Both the position numbers and the translations under genes were made by a program. The notes below the pieces were generated by a model. The model searched no databases. It saw only the letters and a program-made list of their open reading frames with translations, and was not told the origin of the DNA. Shown one piece after another: positions 36,853 through 49,115 of a stretch of DNA of 64,000 nucleotides. The stretch comes from Geosiphon pyriformis uo1 (lineage: Eukaryota > Fungi > Glomeromycota), in NCBI GenBank assembly GCA_016748015.1, contig JAAOMT010000599.1, positions 186,001 through 250,000 of the forward strand, written 5' to 3'. How positions within the stretch are numbered: position 1 is the first letter of the stretch; the number at the start of each line of letters is the position of its first letter.

Positions 36853-38736
36853 GTGGATTTAAAGACTGTTTCTAGTGACAGCATGTCTAGTAAGAAGGCT
36901 CCTAAGGGCGTGTTTCACAGTTCTGCTGGTGGTTCCTTTTCACAAAGAAAGAAAGCTTCTCTTGGAAATGTTAAACACTCTGGTGATGAAAAAGATATTT
37001 CTCTAATGTCTGGTTCTGGTGCTAGTGTATATTCTGATGTGAAGAGCCTATTTGGGGATGATGAAAATGTTAATATGTCTGGTGGTTTTGATGGTTCTTT
37101 TTCAGACTCGGCTGTTAATACTCTCAAGGCTAAACGTGTGAATACTAGTGCAAATTTCGGTTCTCCTATTGGTTCTCCTGACTTTGAAATGGATGAAAAG
37201 ATGAAGCCCCTTCCACCCCCCCTTAGGAAAAAAGTTCCTTTGAATAAGATTTGGATTGATTTCAAGATCATCAAAACTCCTGTAGAGGTGTTGGTTAAGA
37301 AATCATTTGCTTTAGACATCGATCTTTTGGCTGTAGAAGAGAAATTGGCTATGCAAAAAACTCAGTTCATCAGAAAAATTTTTTCAAAAATCAATGGTTT
37401 TAAGGGGGCCACTACCCCCTCAAAATTTGAAGAGATTATCAGATTGACATTTACTTCATCAGAGAACATGGAAAAAGCTGCCTTATTGGCCAGAGAAAAT
37501 AACATTATGGTAAACAGCAATTTTAAGAGACAAGAAATTTGCTCAGATTGAGCTGTAGTAATCAAGAAAATTCCCATAAACACACCAAAAGAAATAATAG
37601 TCACTACAGTATTTGAGTTTGGTCAAGTGGTGTCAATTCAATTGCAGCTCATTAGGCTGTGGCAGAAGGCTGTAGTGAAGTTTGCCAAATTGAGTCAGAC
37701 AGATCAGTTGGCAGCTAAGTGGTCTTTTTTGATCGGGAAAGATTCAGTGCACATGGCCAAAGCTGTGGGGGATCATGAGACATGGACATCTAGAGATTGA
37801 TATAAGGCATTTTTGTTTACTTTGCCAGTGAGAACAATGGCTTATGATCTTGGTGATTTTTTGACAGGAGCTGGTGGGAAAACTTGTGTCATAAATCGAT
37901 TCTTAGACACTGGCAATAGAGTTTGTTGTGCTGTGGTTTGTTTTGAGAATGATGAGGTATTGGAGTTTGCATTTTATATGGAGCCTATTTTTGGTGGAAT
38001 AAGACTTTCTTGGGCTAGATTGGGCCTGGTTCAGTATAAACAGTGTGGGAAACTTGGTCATTCTGTTCTAAAGTGTGATGCTGAAATCTCAACTCCTCCT
38101 AAACTTTCCAAGTCATTTAAAAGGGTTGTCTCTGATGAGAACCGTCTCCAGTTGGCCAAGCTATATGCGAAAAAGAGTGTGTCTATTTCTCAACCAGTTG
38201 TATTTGGCGGCAAATCATGGGCCCAGGTTGTCTCTCTGGTATCTTTGTCTGATGGTCCTTACTTTGGTTCTGGTTCTGGTTTTGGCTCCTCTTCTGGTGT
38301 CTCAGGTGTGATTGGTCACTCGTCTCCTATGGTTCCTGTTTATTTAATTTTGGAGACTCGTCTTGTTTCTTTAGAGCGTTCTTTGGAACTTCTTACAGAT
38401 AGGGTGTCTGGTATTGTAAATAAACTTGACAATTTAAACCTGGTGCCCATAACTCTTGCCTCCTCCTCTCAGCTCTTGGTTATCCCTGTTATGGCAAATG
38501 TGGAATTTGGTTCAGATATAGTTTTGGATGATTCTAAGTCTGTGGTTTTTCCTCTCTTTTTGGTTTTCTTTGGTGTCTCAAATTTGGGTTCAAGTGGTTC
38601 AAAAATTTTGACTTCAAAAGTGGACTGTTTGGAGTCGAAGTTGATGGCTTTTGAAGCTTTGGTTTGTTCAGTATTGGAGAAGTTAGATCAGATGTGTGCT
38701 GGCTCGGGTTCTGCGGTCTCTTTTTTATCTCAATGA
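36853..38736 (+). pseudogene. LINE-C ORF1 (RRM-like + zinc knuckle)
   Basis: KKSFALDIDL, IRKIFSKINGF, AVVIKKIP, WQKAVV, (C>Y)KQCGKLGHSVLKC; in-frame stops. Confidence 0.8.
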
Positions 38737-41700
38737 ACAGTTTGGTTTGGAGAATTGCAACATGTAATATGAGGGGCATGAACATTCCTGCCAAACAGGA
38801 TGATGTAGTTAGATGGCACATGGACTTTGGAAATAACATTTCTATCATTACAGAGACAAAGTTAAAATCTGGCATTAAGTCATGGATCATAAATAAGTTT
38901 CCTGGTGTTCATGTTTTTACATCAGAGCTGGATACAGGTTCTTCTGATGCTGACATGGCAGTTATTATAAACTCTTTTGTGGCTCAGCATGTTTCAAAAA
39001 TCAATGAAATTCCTGGTTGGTTAATTTCAATTAGGCTCTTGTTTAAGGGCAAACTTTTGGTTACAATTTTGGATATCTATGCAGATGTATCTGCTGGTGT
39101 GCATTTTGGTCAGGCTTTTGCTGTCAACTCCTTGATTGCTAGTGCTATCAACTCAAGCTCTTTTGTCATCTTGGGTGGAGACTTCAATGAATCAGATACC
39201 AAGAAAAGTACTAGTCTCAGAAAATGTGCAGATCTGGGTCTTGTCAACTCTTTCAAAGGACATTTTTTGGCTAGTTCACCTATGTGAAGCAACTCCAGAG
39301 GTGTGAAAAAAGTTATTGATTATATTTTTGTCAGTGAAAACTTAGTTTCTGCTCTGATAAAGCGGAACATTAGTGTGGTTATGGAGTTTTTCGACATGAA
39401 TCATAAGATGATTTCAGTTTTAGTTGGATTGAGGGACCTTCTTGATGTTCAGCTAAATAGTATTTGCAAACAGGCCAACAGAGACAGGTGGAAGTTTGAC
39501 TTTAAGGATGCTGACCCTTCCAAATGATTATGGTTTAAGGATAATGTGTCTGCTGTTCTGTTCTTGGTCATAGGCAGTTTTCTGAATGCTAAGATTCTCA
39601 GTGATCTGGATGAGATGTGAGACATGTTGTGTGAGGTTATGGTAAAAACTGCTAATGCTACGTTTTCTAGGCGCTGGTTTAGTGAATTTGACTGTTCAAA
39701 AAACAGACATTTATTGAGGTTCTTTGGACTTGAATTGTTGGTGGCTAAGATCATCAAGAGTTTGAATACAGGTAATAAGCATAAGTGTGATGGTCTAATC
39801 AAGAGATGGTTTCTGGTCAATTATAAAGAGGCTTTCAAGTTTGATTTTTTGGTTCAAAATAGGGCTGATTTGGTGGAGGTGTTCAAACATCTGTCTCAGG
39901 TTAGGAAGTGTTACAGGAAGTCTAAGTATTATGAATCCAGAATGGCGAGGGATACAGTGATCCAGAGTGCCATTGATAAACACAGGGAGAATTTCAGTTC
40001 TAACAAAGGTGACATGATTAGGAGTATTTTGGAGCAGCCTTTTTGTAAGGTTGTTTTGAACCACTTGGTTATAAGTGATAAACTGGTTTTAGATCCAATT
40101 AAGATAAAAAGCAGAGTCAATGGTATCATGGTTAACTAGATGAGGAAGCGTATTTTACTTTTGGTAATGTCCTCCAGATGGGCCCACCAATACATGTCTT
40201 TGGATTATGTAAAAGATGATGCCTTTTTTGATGTTATGAATGACATCCATTTCAGTGAATTGGTGAATGTAATTTTGAATTTATCTGATGGCAAAGCGGC
40301 TGGTCTGTCTGGTATCTCTAATGTGCTATGGAAACATTGTGGTGATGATATGCTTGAGTGTTTGTTGGGTTTCTTAAATTCTTGCCTAAATATCAGTAAG
40401 GTTCTGGCCCTTTGGAAAAAAGCTTGGGTTTCTATGATCCCCAAACCATATGAATGGGATGGTATTTTTACGAATATAAGGCCCATTGTATTAATTGAGA
40501 CAGCCAGAAAGATACTCTCTAAATTATTGTTTAACAGTATTTCTTCAGCCTGTTCCAGATTTGATGTTCTCCGGAGTGACAATTTCTCAGTCCTAAAGGG
40601 TACTTCCATTCAATCTCTGGTTTTTGCTGTTGGTTTGATTGTGGAAGATGCTCTGGAGAAAAATAGGGAGGTTTGGTTGGTGTTGCAAGATATGTATAAG
40701 GCCTATGATTCTGTTGGTTGGTGGCAGTTGGAAGCCAGTTTGAAGCAGATCAAAATGTGTGTTGTTTTTCAGAAACTTATATGTAGGCAGGATTAATAGA
40801 GTAATGACTGATTTTGGCTTCTTGAATGGATACAATATGCTAGATGATTTGGATCAAGGAGAGGTCTTCTCTTCTTTCTTGTAGAGAATTTTTTATGACC
40901 CTTTGTTGTGCAAGGTTAAGGATCATGAACATTTATATGGTTACAGAATCAATACCAACTTTGTAGCAAAATCTAGCCAAATTGAGTCTAGTGGTGGTTA
41001 GTCTTCATTTTTTACGGCAGGTGCATTTGTGGATGATACTATCTGAATTGGTAATGATTAAGTATTGACACAACATATATTAGATATTGCAGACAAATTT
41101 TTTGAGGTCAATAATATTACAATTAACAGTAAAAAGACTGTGGTGATTCCTATCAACAAAAGAGTTTTAGATGTGTCTCTGCATATTAATGAACTATCTA
41201 TCTCTATTGCTAAACAGGTTAAGGCTCATAGATATCTGGGCATTTTCTTGTCAACAAACAGGTTGTCTAAGCCCAGTTTAGCCAAAGCTCAATCAGATGT
41301 CAGGTTCTTTTTCAATATGGTTCTCAGAAAAGCTTTGATGGATAAACAATTTGTGTACTTGGTGTCTTTGGTCCTACAACTTATTGTCAGCTATTGCACA
41401 CAATTCAGCTTTGTTTCTAAAAGTGTCTGCTTGAAATGGGATGTTATGTTGAGGAAGGGTCTCAAATCTAAAGTGAATTTGTCTCAAGATTTTCCCAGTG
41501 AAGCTTTATATCATCTCTCCCTTTATGGTGTAAAGACTTTTAAACAGATCCAGACTGAAGAAAAGGTGGCTTCATTGGTTTGGTTTTCAAATGCGCCTTG
41601 TATTCTGGGGCATTTGTTTGAACACCATTTTTTGAATCTACAGATATTAGGGTGGGTTCTATTAAACTCTTTGTGACATTCTGTTAAGTTGAGGGTTAAT

Positions 41701-43397
41701 CCCCTTAACAATTTTCTTACTGGTATGGTTAGAATTTTTTTGGACAATAATATATATCTGGCTAACAATTTGCCTTGTGCTTTTTGTGGTGCTGGTCACT
41801 TCCTTGTGTCGACAATCTTGGGTAGCTCCTTTTATTTTGGTGTGGTCCCTTCTTTAAAGCGTTTTGGTGTTGCCTTTGGTGACAGGTTATTGGGCAAAGA
41901 TGAATCGGTTCTCAGTTAGAGAACTTTTTGCTGCTGGAAGAGACTAAGTTCCAGGGGTCCTGTATCTTTGTAGTACTCCAAAGTTTCTGCGTACATGGAT
42001 GGTTACCATCTCATTCCTAGTAGTCTGTCCACAGTCTCTGGTGGCTCAAACTTTTTTGATTCAGAAAGATATTTGGTTGTTTGGGAATGTTTACATAAAT
42101 TCTGGTCTGATGTCTTCACAGTTTATACTGATGATTCTCTGTCTCATTTGGGCACTGCTGAGGTTGCAGGTGGGACTGCAGCTTATTTTCCCGATGCTGG
42201 TGTGAGTATTGGTGTTGAAGTCAGTGGGTTGCTTTCTTCTACTATGGCTGAACTTTACACTGTTGTTTTGGTACTGGAATGTATTTTTTCTTCGTGCTCA
42301 GTTGTTATTAACACCGATAGTTAGGCTACTATTGATGCATGTGCTTTAGAATTGGGTTTAATTGCTCCTAATTTCAGGAACAAATGTTAGGTGGAAAGGC
42401 GTTATATTCGCAAGTTGATCGAGGATAAAGACCTTTCTGTTGGGTGGGTGAAGATTCAGATAATGCTCACAATGACAAGGCCGATGCTTTGGCTGGGCAT
42501 GCTGCTCATTCCAATTTGTCTCTTCCTATGGGTGTTTGGAAAAGGTATGTCATGGCTCATGATCAGGTTGTCTTGGGCAATGCTCAATATTTTGTTCAGG
42601 ATATTTATAGGTCTATCTGTCATGCTCAATGGAAGGCTGGTCCTGGCTCTGTAGTAATAAATGAAAAGTTGATTGTGAGGGTTGGTTGGAAGTGTATGGC
42701 TTCAATTTGGCACCTGGACTCCCACATGCTGTTAGGCTTTACAAGCCGAGCTTCAGCTGTTTTCCATACCTACTTAATGAAGGTAGTCTATAAGAAGTTA
42801 CCAGTTGCCGTTCGTAAAAAGTTGTATAATAAATGTTATCCTGGGGTTCTCTGTTTGATGTGTGGTGATGTTGAAGTGTTAGATTATGTGTTTACTTGTC
42901 GAAGTGAGACAGCTGTGCATGCTGATATTTTGTTGGGTGGGGCCACTTTGTGGAAGTCATTGCTGGTGGGCTGCTCTTCAGTGTTCTCTCCTATGTTGCA
43001 TACTCTGCTTGTTGATTGTCATGATTCAAGGGTGTATATGTGATTGTGTAAAGGCTTTGTACTGAGAAAATGGGTCGATGAAGCTACTGCACATTTCATG
43101 AATTGAAATTGGGCTGTTTTGGTGGTGGCTGATTTTATTCGATGCCTGGCAGAAAAACACCAGTGTGGTTTATGGTTACCCAGGGCTAAGTTTAGAGTGG
43201 ACATGGAATGTTGTGATTTGGTTTGTGCTTCAGAAATTTCCGTTGGTTTTTCAGCTGACTCTATTAAACATTTGTCTGGTGGAGTTGTTTGTCTTCTTGG
43301 GATAGATAAGGTGTTTGTTGTTAGTTTTGGTTTGTACAAAGCTAGCCTTTTTTTTTCTGGTATTTGTGACAGTGTCAAAGTTTACGTAGGTGTGTAG
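38733..43397 (+). pseudogene. LINE-C ORF2 (APE endonuclease, RT, RNase H, CCHC)
   Basis: WRIATCNMRG; LGGDFNE; VIDYIF; RPIVLIE; VLQDMYKAYDSVGW; DQGEVF; GAFVDDTI; YLGIF; VYTDDSL..AAYF..AELY; CLMCG..DYVFTC; multiple stops and frameshifts. Confidence 0.9.
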
Positions 43398-44264
43398 TAT
43401 TGCCTAGATTAGCTTAAGTGGCTAGTCACATATAGCAAATGCATGAGTCATATTTAGTTAGATTCACTTAGCTTGCATCTGTATACTAAATAGTGGTTGG
43501 GCTACACTCATTAAATGGAATAAAAAAATAAAATAAAATAAAATTTTTTTTTATAATCAATAAAAAATTATTAATTTTTATAATATATATTAAAAACCAA
43601 ATTAGTTGATTTTTTTGGTTATATTATTTTTAAAATTTATAAATTAATTTTTTAAATTTGTAATTATATATGTTTTATTTTTCAGTTTTTTAACAATTAA
43701 AATATGTAATTATTATATTTAGTTTTAATTCTAAAATATTTTTATTTTTTAAAGTTTTTATTTAAGTTTATAATTAGTTGAGTATTATTTTATTAATACA
43801 GATTTTATATTAAGATTACTTTTTTGGTTTTTTTATTATTATAATTGTTAATTTTATAATTAGTTTTAAGTTAATTTTATTAATTAAATTGGCTTTATTA
43901 GTTAAATTAATTATTAAACTTATTGATTTTTTGATTTTTTGATTATAAAATTGGTTAATATTTTTTTTTGAATATTAAAATAAAAAAATTATTAATAATT
44001 TAAACAAAAAATAAATAAATCATAAATAACTTTTAAAATTAAAAAAATCGAATAATTTAAATTATATTATTAATAAAAAAATATCTATTTAAATAATAAT
44101 TTTTAAATTATAAACTTTAAATATTAAATTAAATATTAATAAAATCATTAAATAATTAAGTAATATAGTAAAAAATAGTAATAAATTGGTTATTTATATA
44201 TATATAATATATTCTTAAAATAAATTTTTTATATTAAATCTAATATAGTTTAGTTTTAATTAGA

Positions 44265-45610
44265 TTTGTATTTAATTGTATTGGAATTGAGATTAATGGT
44301 TTGATATTTTTTACAATAGCAGAATTAAAGACAATTATTTTGGCTTTGAAATATGTCCTAGCTTACAATACTGTTATAGTTTATTCAGACAATTAGATTA
44401 TCCTAAATGTTTGTACTATAGAATTAGACTTGGCTTTGCCAAACTTTTGCAATAGTTGCTGATTGAAAAGACATTGTATTATAAATTTAATTAAAAATAA
44501 GAGGCTTAGTGTATCTTAGAATAAGGTCAAAGAATATTTAGGTGTGGTAGACAATAAGCATACTGATAAGCTAGCCAATTTGGCTTTTTGTTTGAATTTG
44601 GTTCTTTTTTTTTTGGTTAATGAAAAATATATTAGTGCTGGTGAGATGATGATTTTTGGTAATATTCACTATTTTATTTAAGATATTTTTAGGACTGTTC
44701 ATTGTGTACATTAGAAGATTAAACTTGAGTCTAATATTATTAATACAAATATGACAAAGAATATAAATTGGATTTAGACCATCTTAATTTGACACTTTGA
44801 TTTACATATGACAGCTGGCTTTACAAGTAAGTTTACTATTAGTTTGTGTTCATATTTTATGAAAACTTTGTATTATCATTTACTAGTCATTGTTTAAAAG
44901 ATTTGTATTATAAAAAGTATCCTAGTGTATTGTGTTTTTATTGTGAAAAGATAAAGACTTCTAATTATTTCTTTGTGTGTTCATTTAACTTTAATGCTCA
45001 TAAGAGTCTGTTTGAGTTATGTTCAATTTAGTGGAGTGTCATGTTGGATTTAAGCTTGCCATTATTTCATGTTTTGCAAATGCTTTTTTTGTGTATTTTT
45101 GATGATGCTATGTATATTGTTTTGTATAAGAGTATTGTGTTTAAGAAATAGTGTTTGAAAACTATGTTTTTTTTTGATAGTGTTAAAATTGCCAATAGTA
45201 AAATGGTCAATTTGGTGCAAAGTTTGGGGATGGCTCACTGGACTGAAGTATAGATGGTTAGAATTAAATACAGAGCAATTATAAAAAAAAAAACCTGGTT
45301 ACATATGATAGTTTAGTGTCTTTTGAGATTTGTAGTCTGTTAATTTTGCTTTTTAATGATGTTATTAAGTTGTTCAGAATTGTGAAGTCACATGACATTA
45401 GTTTTGGTTTCTAGAGACTTTGCAGTTTTTTTTGGTACTAATAATGCAGTAACTGTTAAAATAGATTTATAGTATTGCTCTAATTGGCCTAAATAACTGG
45501 TCATATATAGAAAATACATGATTTGCATTTAATTTAGATCACTTAGTTTGATGTATTGTGTTAAATGGCTTTTGGGCCTTACTTATTAAAATAAAATAAA
45601 ATAAAATAAA
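44265..45610 (+). mobile_element. LINE copy D, 5'-truncated (RNase H C-half to 3' UTR and (TAAAA)n tail)
   Basis: Decayed GxEINGL..TxAELxxIxLAL, KVK..GVVDNKHTD, YPSVLCFYC, the family 3' UTR at 45470-45590 and TAAAA repeats. Confidence 0.8.
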
Positions 45611-47000
45611 ATTTAATTATATGTAAAAAGAATATAAATTCTATTTATTTAAAATATTAAATTATTGTATTATAATAAATAATAATAAAAAATTACATGT
45701 TTAATAAATAAATAAAATTACAATTTATGTAATATTTATTTGTTGTATTTATAATTTTATTTTTAATTAAAAACTTATTATTTATTTAAATTATTAAGTA
45801 TTAAAATTAATTTTTTTAAAAAGTTTAAAATAAAAAAATATAACAAAATGATTAAAAAATTTTATAAATATTGTAACTATTAAGCCTAAATTTTAAATTA
45901 TAATAATAATTATTGATAATATAACAAATCAATTAATAATTAAGCATATAAAACAAAATTAATTAATTAATTTAAAATAATATGTTTTATTATTAATATT
46001 TAAAAAAATATTTGTTAATTATAAAAAAGCTATTTATAATTAAAAACTTCTACTAAATTCAGTTTTTTTTAAAGTATTAATTTTAAGTATTAAATTTTAA
46101 AAATTATAACTATATATTTTTAATAATAGTAAAATTTAAACAAATAAAAAATAAAACAAATTTAATTATAATTTTTATTAACCATATTATTAATTTTTAA
46201 AATTATATAATTTTAAAAAAATCAATTAATTTAATCTTAAAAATATTTTTAAAAACATTAATTTTTTTAATTTAAAAAATTTTAATATAAAGATCAATTA
46301 AGTTAAATTAAAATTAAATTTTTTAAAATAAACAATATTATATTATTATAAATCAACCAATTTTATTTTAATAACAGTATTATTATTAAATACTTTAAAC
46401 TTATTTTTAATATTAATAAAAAAATGTCTTAAAAAAAACAATATAAAATATTATAATAACAAAAAACTAATTTTAAAATTGTAAAAAACTTGGCAATTTT
46501 AAATATATTAAAAAAAAGTTATACAAAACAGTTTTACAAAATTAATTTAAGACTAACAAAATTATACAATAATTAAAATTTGTTTTTTTTAATTAATTTT
46601 AAAAAATATTAAACACCAAAACAAAACCAATTTTTTAAAGTTTTTTAATAATTAGTAATAATTAAAAGTTATTATTAATATTGTTAAAAAAAATAATGAT
46701 AAAAAAATATATTGTTTAATTGCAATAATATTAATTCAATTTTTTAAGATTTTTGGCTTTTAATAATTAAGAAAAAATTATGTAATTAATTAATTAATAA
46801 TTAATATTAATAATATATATCAAATGTTAAAACACCAAAAATACATAAATTTTATAAGGATATTAGCAATAAGCAAAATAAATAAATTTATTCTTTTAAA
46901 TTTTAATAATAATAGTAAATATTTAAAATAAAATAAATTTTTGTATTTATAATGTTATTAATAAAAAAATATTTTGGCTTAAATAAAAGATAATTGATAG
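45611..47000. repeat. AT-rich degenerate repeat relic
   Basis: Near-absence of C/G; contains an inverted copy of the 12070-12145 motif at ~46180-46255. Confidence 0.4.
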
Positions 47001-47074
47001 CCAGAAATCTTTATTATTTTATCAGTTCTGATAATCAGTTTTCAAAATTTCTACATTGGCTCTGTACAAAACAC

Positions 47075-48345
47075 ATGGCCGACAAGGAGGAAAATACGAC
47101 ACGATATAACCCCAGTTTTGGGCAAGCTCTTGTGGTCAGTTTTAAAGGCTTAAAATAGTTGTTTTTATATAAAAAAGTGGAAGGGCTGAAAAATATCTTT
47201 ATTGACTGCAAATTTTCACTAACTTGGTAGGCTGGAGGAATTGCTGGGACCGCAGTAGACACAGCACTCTTTCCTCTGGATACAATCAAAACCCGTCTCC
47301 AGTCAAAATCAGGCTTTCATGCTTCCGGAGGGTTTCATAGGATTTATTCCGGGTTGAGTAGCGCTATTATTGGAAGCGCGCCCGGAGGTGGATTCACTTA
47401 TAGCCTCTAAACGCGTTCGTGGAGTATGAAGAGTTTGCCCAATTTTTCCACTAATTTTCAATTTTTTCTAGCCTCTGCTTTTTTTGTGACTTATGAATAC
47501 TTCAAAGGGACCTTGGAATTAAAATTTCCTGAGCCAAAATATTTCATACTTATTCATTCGGCGGCTGGTTCTGCTGGTGAAGTTGTGAGTATAGCTGATT
47601 GAATAGGCTTTCTTTTTTAATTGCTCATATGAATTTCTCCTAATTATTGCATTAATCAATACGCGTAAGGCTGCCTGCGTTGTACGCGTCCCAACTGAGG
47701 TCATCAAACAACGTATGCAAACAAAACAATACCATTCTACTCCGTCTGCAATTCGAGCGATTTTAACACATGAAGGGGTGTTAGGTCTTTACCGAGGTTA
47801 TTTGAGTACGGTATCTCGTGAGGTATTTGCTACCAAATATTTTAACTTGATGGGTTTTTATTTTTCTATCTTTCATCATGATTTTTTCAGATACCATTCA
47901 CATGTCTTCAATTCCCCTTATACGAATATCTTAAAAGACTGATCGCTCATAAAACTAATCGACCACGCGTTGAACCTTGGGAAGCGAGTATTTGCGGCTC
48001 AATAGCAGGCGGAACAGCGGCCGCACTCACCACACCTTTGGATGTAATTAAAACTCGGATAATGCTCTCTTCCAAGGTTTATTTAAACGAGTTTAATATT
48101 TTCTCAATAGGTTTGCTTGATATTTGTATCTTATAATTTATGCATTATTGGCATAGCATCAGAATATTCACAAATATTCAGGTGTCGTAAATACTTTCCA
48201 ACGAATCATATCAGAGGAGGGAGCTCGGGCACTAATCTCTGGCATTGGACCACGAGTAATCTGGATTTCAATTGGAGGGAGCATATTCTTAGGTGTATAT
48301 GAAAAGGTAAAAAAGACATTGGACAAAAATAAGTGGCTAACCTAA
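47075..48345 (+). CDS. PET8: Mitochondrial S-adenosylmethionine carrier (SLC25A26 family)
   Basis: Exons ~47075-47134, 47231-47387, 47472-47584, 47670-47822, 47891-48076 and 48157-48345. Sequence [37 protein letters not shown]; [16 protein letters not shown]; [14 protein letters not shown]; [13 protein letters not shown]; [21 protein letters not shown]. Three PxD/ExxK carrier signatures. Confidence 0.93.
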
Positions 48346-49115
48346 TCAATCGGAATTTCTTATCATGATCTCCTTTAGCTTTAATTAAAGACTCAAATAC
48401 AGGCATTAATTCTTCATTCTCTTGAAAAAATATTATAAATGAAATGAATGATTATTCCTGTTTATCGAAGTGGGGTCAAACAGGAAAATTAAAGTGCGCA
48501 TTTGGAATTGTCAGTTTGATAAACAATTTCACCCCGTCCATCTACCAAGCTTTTTCGTGAGTGATCCTATGTGCCTCAAAGATCGCTGAAAAGGAAAAGG
48601 ACTTATTAACGAAAATCATCTTCTAAAAGGCGAAATTTATTAGCAATTTATCCGCTGGGATCAAACAACTTTTTCTTGTAACTCAGGTACATATTTCCCA
48701 GAAGCAACGAATTTTGAGTGTTTGTTTCTCTTCCGAGGATACTCTGAACTATCGATTTAGGTTTATCATTATTAGCGTACGCTTTAGGCATGGAATTCAA
48801 GATTATTAGAACTCCCATTCTTATTATTTTCAGCACCTTTTAATTTAGACACGAAAGTTCTTGGAAGGGGAGACTATTACTAGGTCTAAAAATAATCTTA
48901 ATGTTTAAAGCAAATGTTGCCGGAAAAAAACGGCTGATCTGGAAAGTTTATCATGTAGAATATTAATCAACAAGAGACAGCACCTTATTTGTTCCACGAT
49001 GTTTAAAGTTGCGGGACACAACGTGCTGCAGGCAAGCACAGACCAGGCGTCCTGTTTTTATTATCCAAAGTTATAGAATCCTAAAATTATATTTTCTAAA
49101 GTCGCCGACTTTTTC

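Larger units (their letters stand above)
36722..43540 (+). mobile_element. LINE copy C, near full length (ORF1 + APE-RT-RNase H-CCHC ORF2), decayed
   Basis: 5' GAAAAATAAATAAAAACTTCTTTC, both ORFs, the conserved 3' UTR and a (TAAAA)n tail. The flanks rejoin to match the AT-rich repeat at 11280-11540. Confidence 0.92.

Noticed and set aside
43400-43520. Pistol-ribozyme-like words (GTGGTTGGGC..CAC..TTAAAT; TTAGCCCGAGTG in copy A) in the LINE 3' UTR
   Set aside because: The order of elements is incompatible with the pistol topology, and a simple nested stem explains the complementarity.
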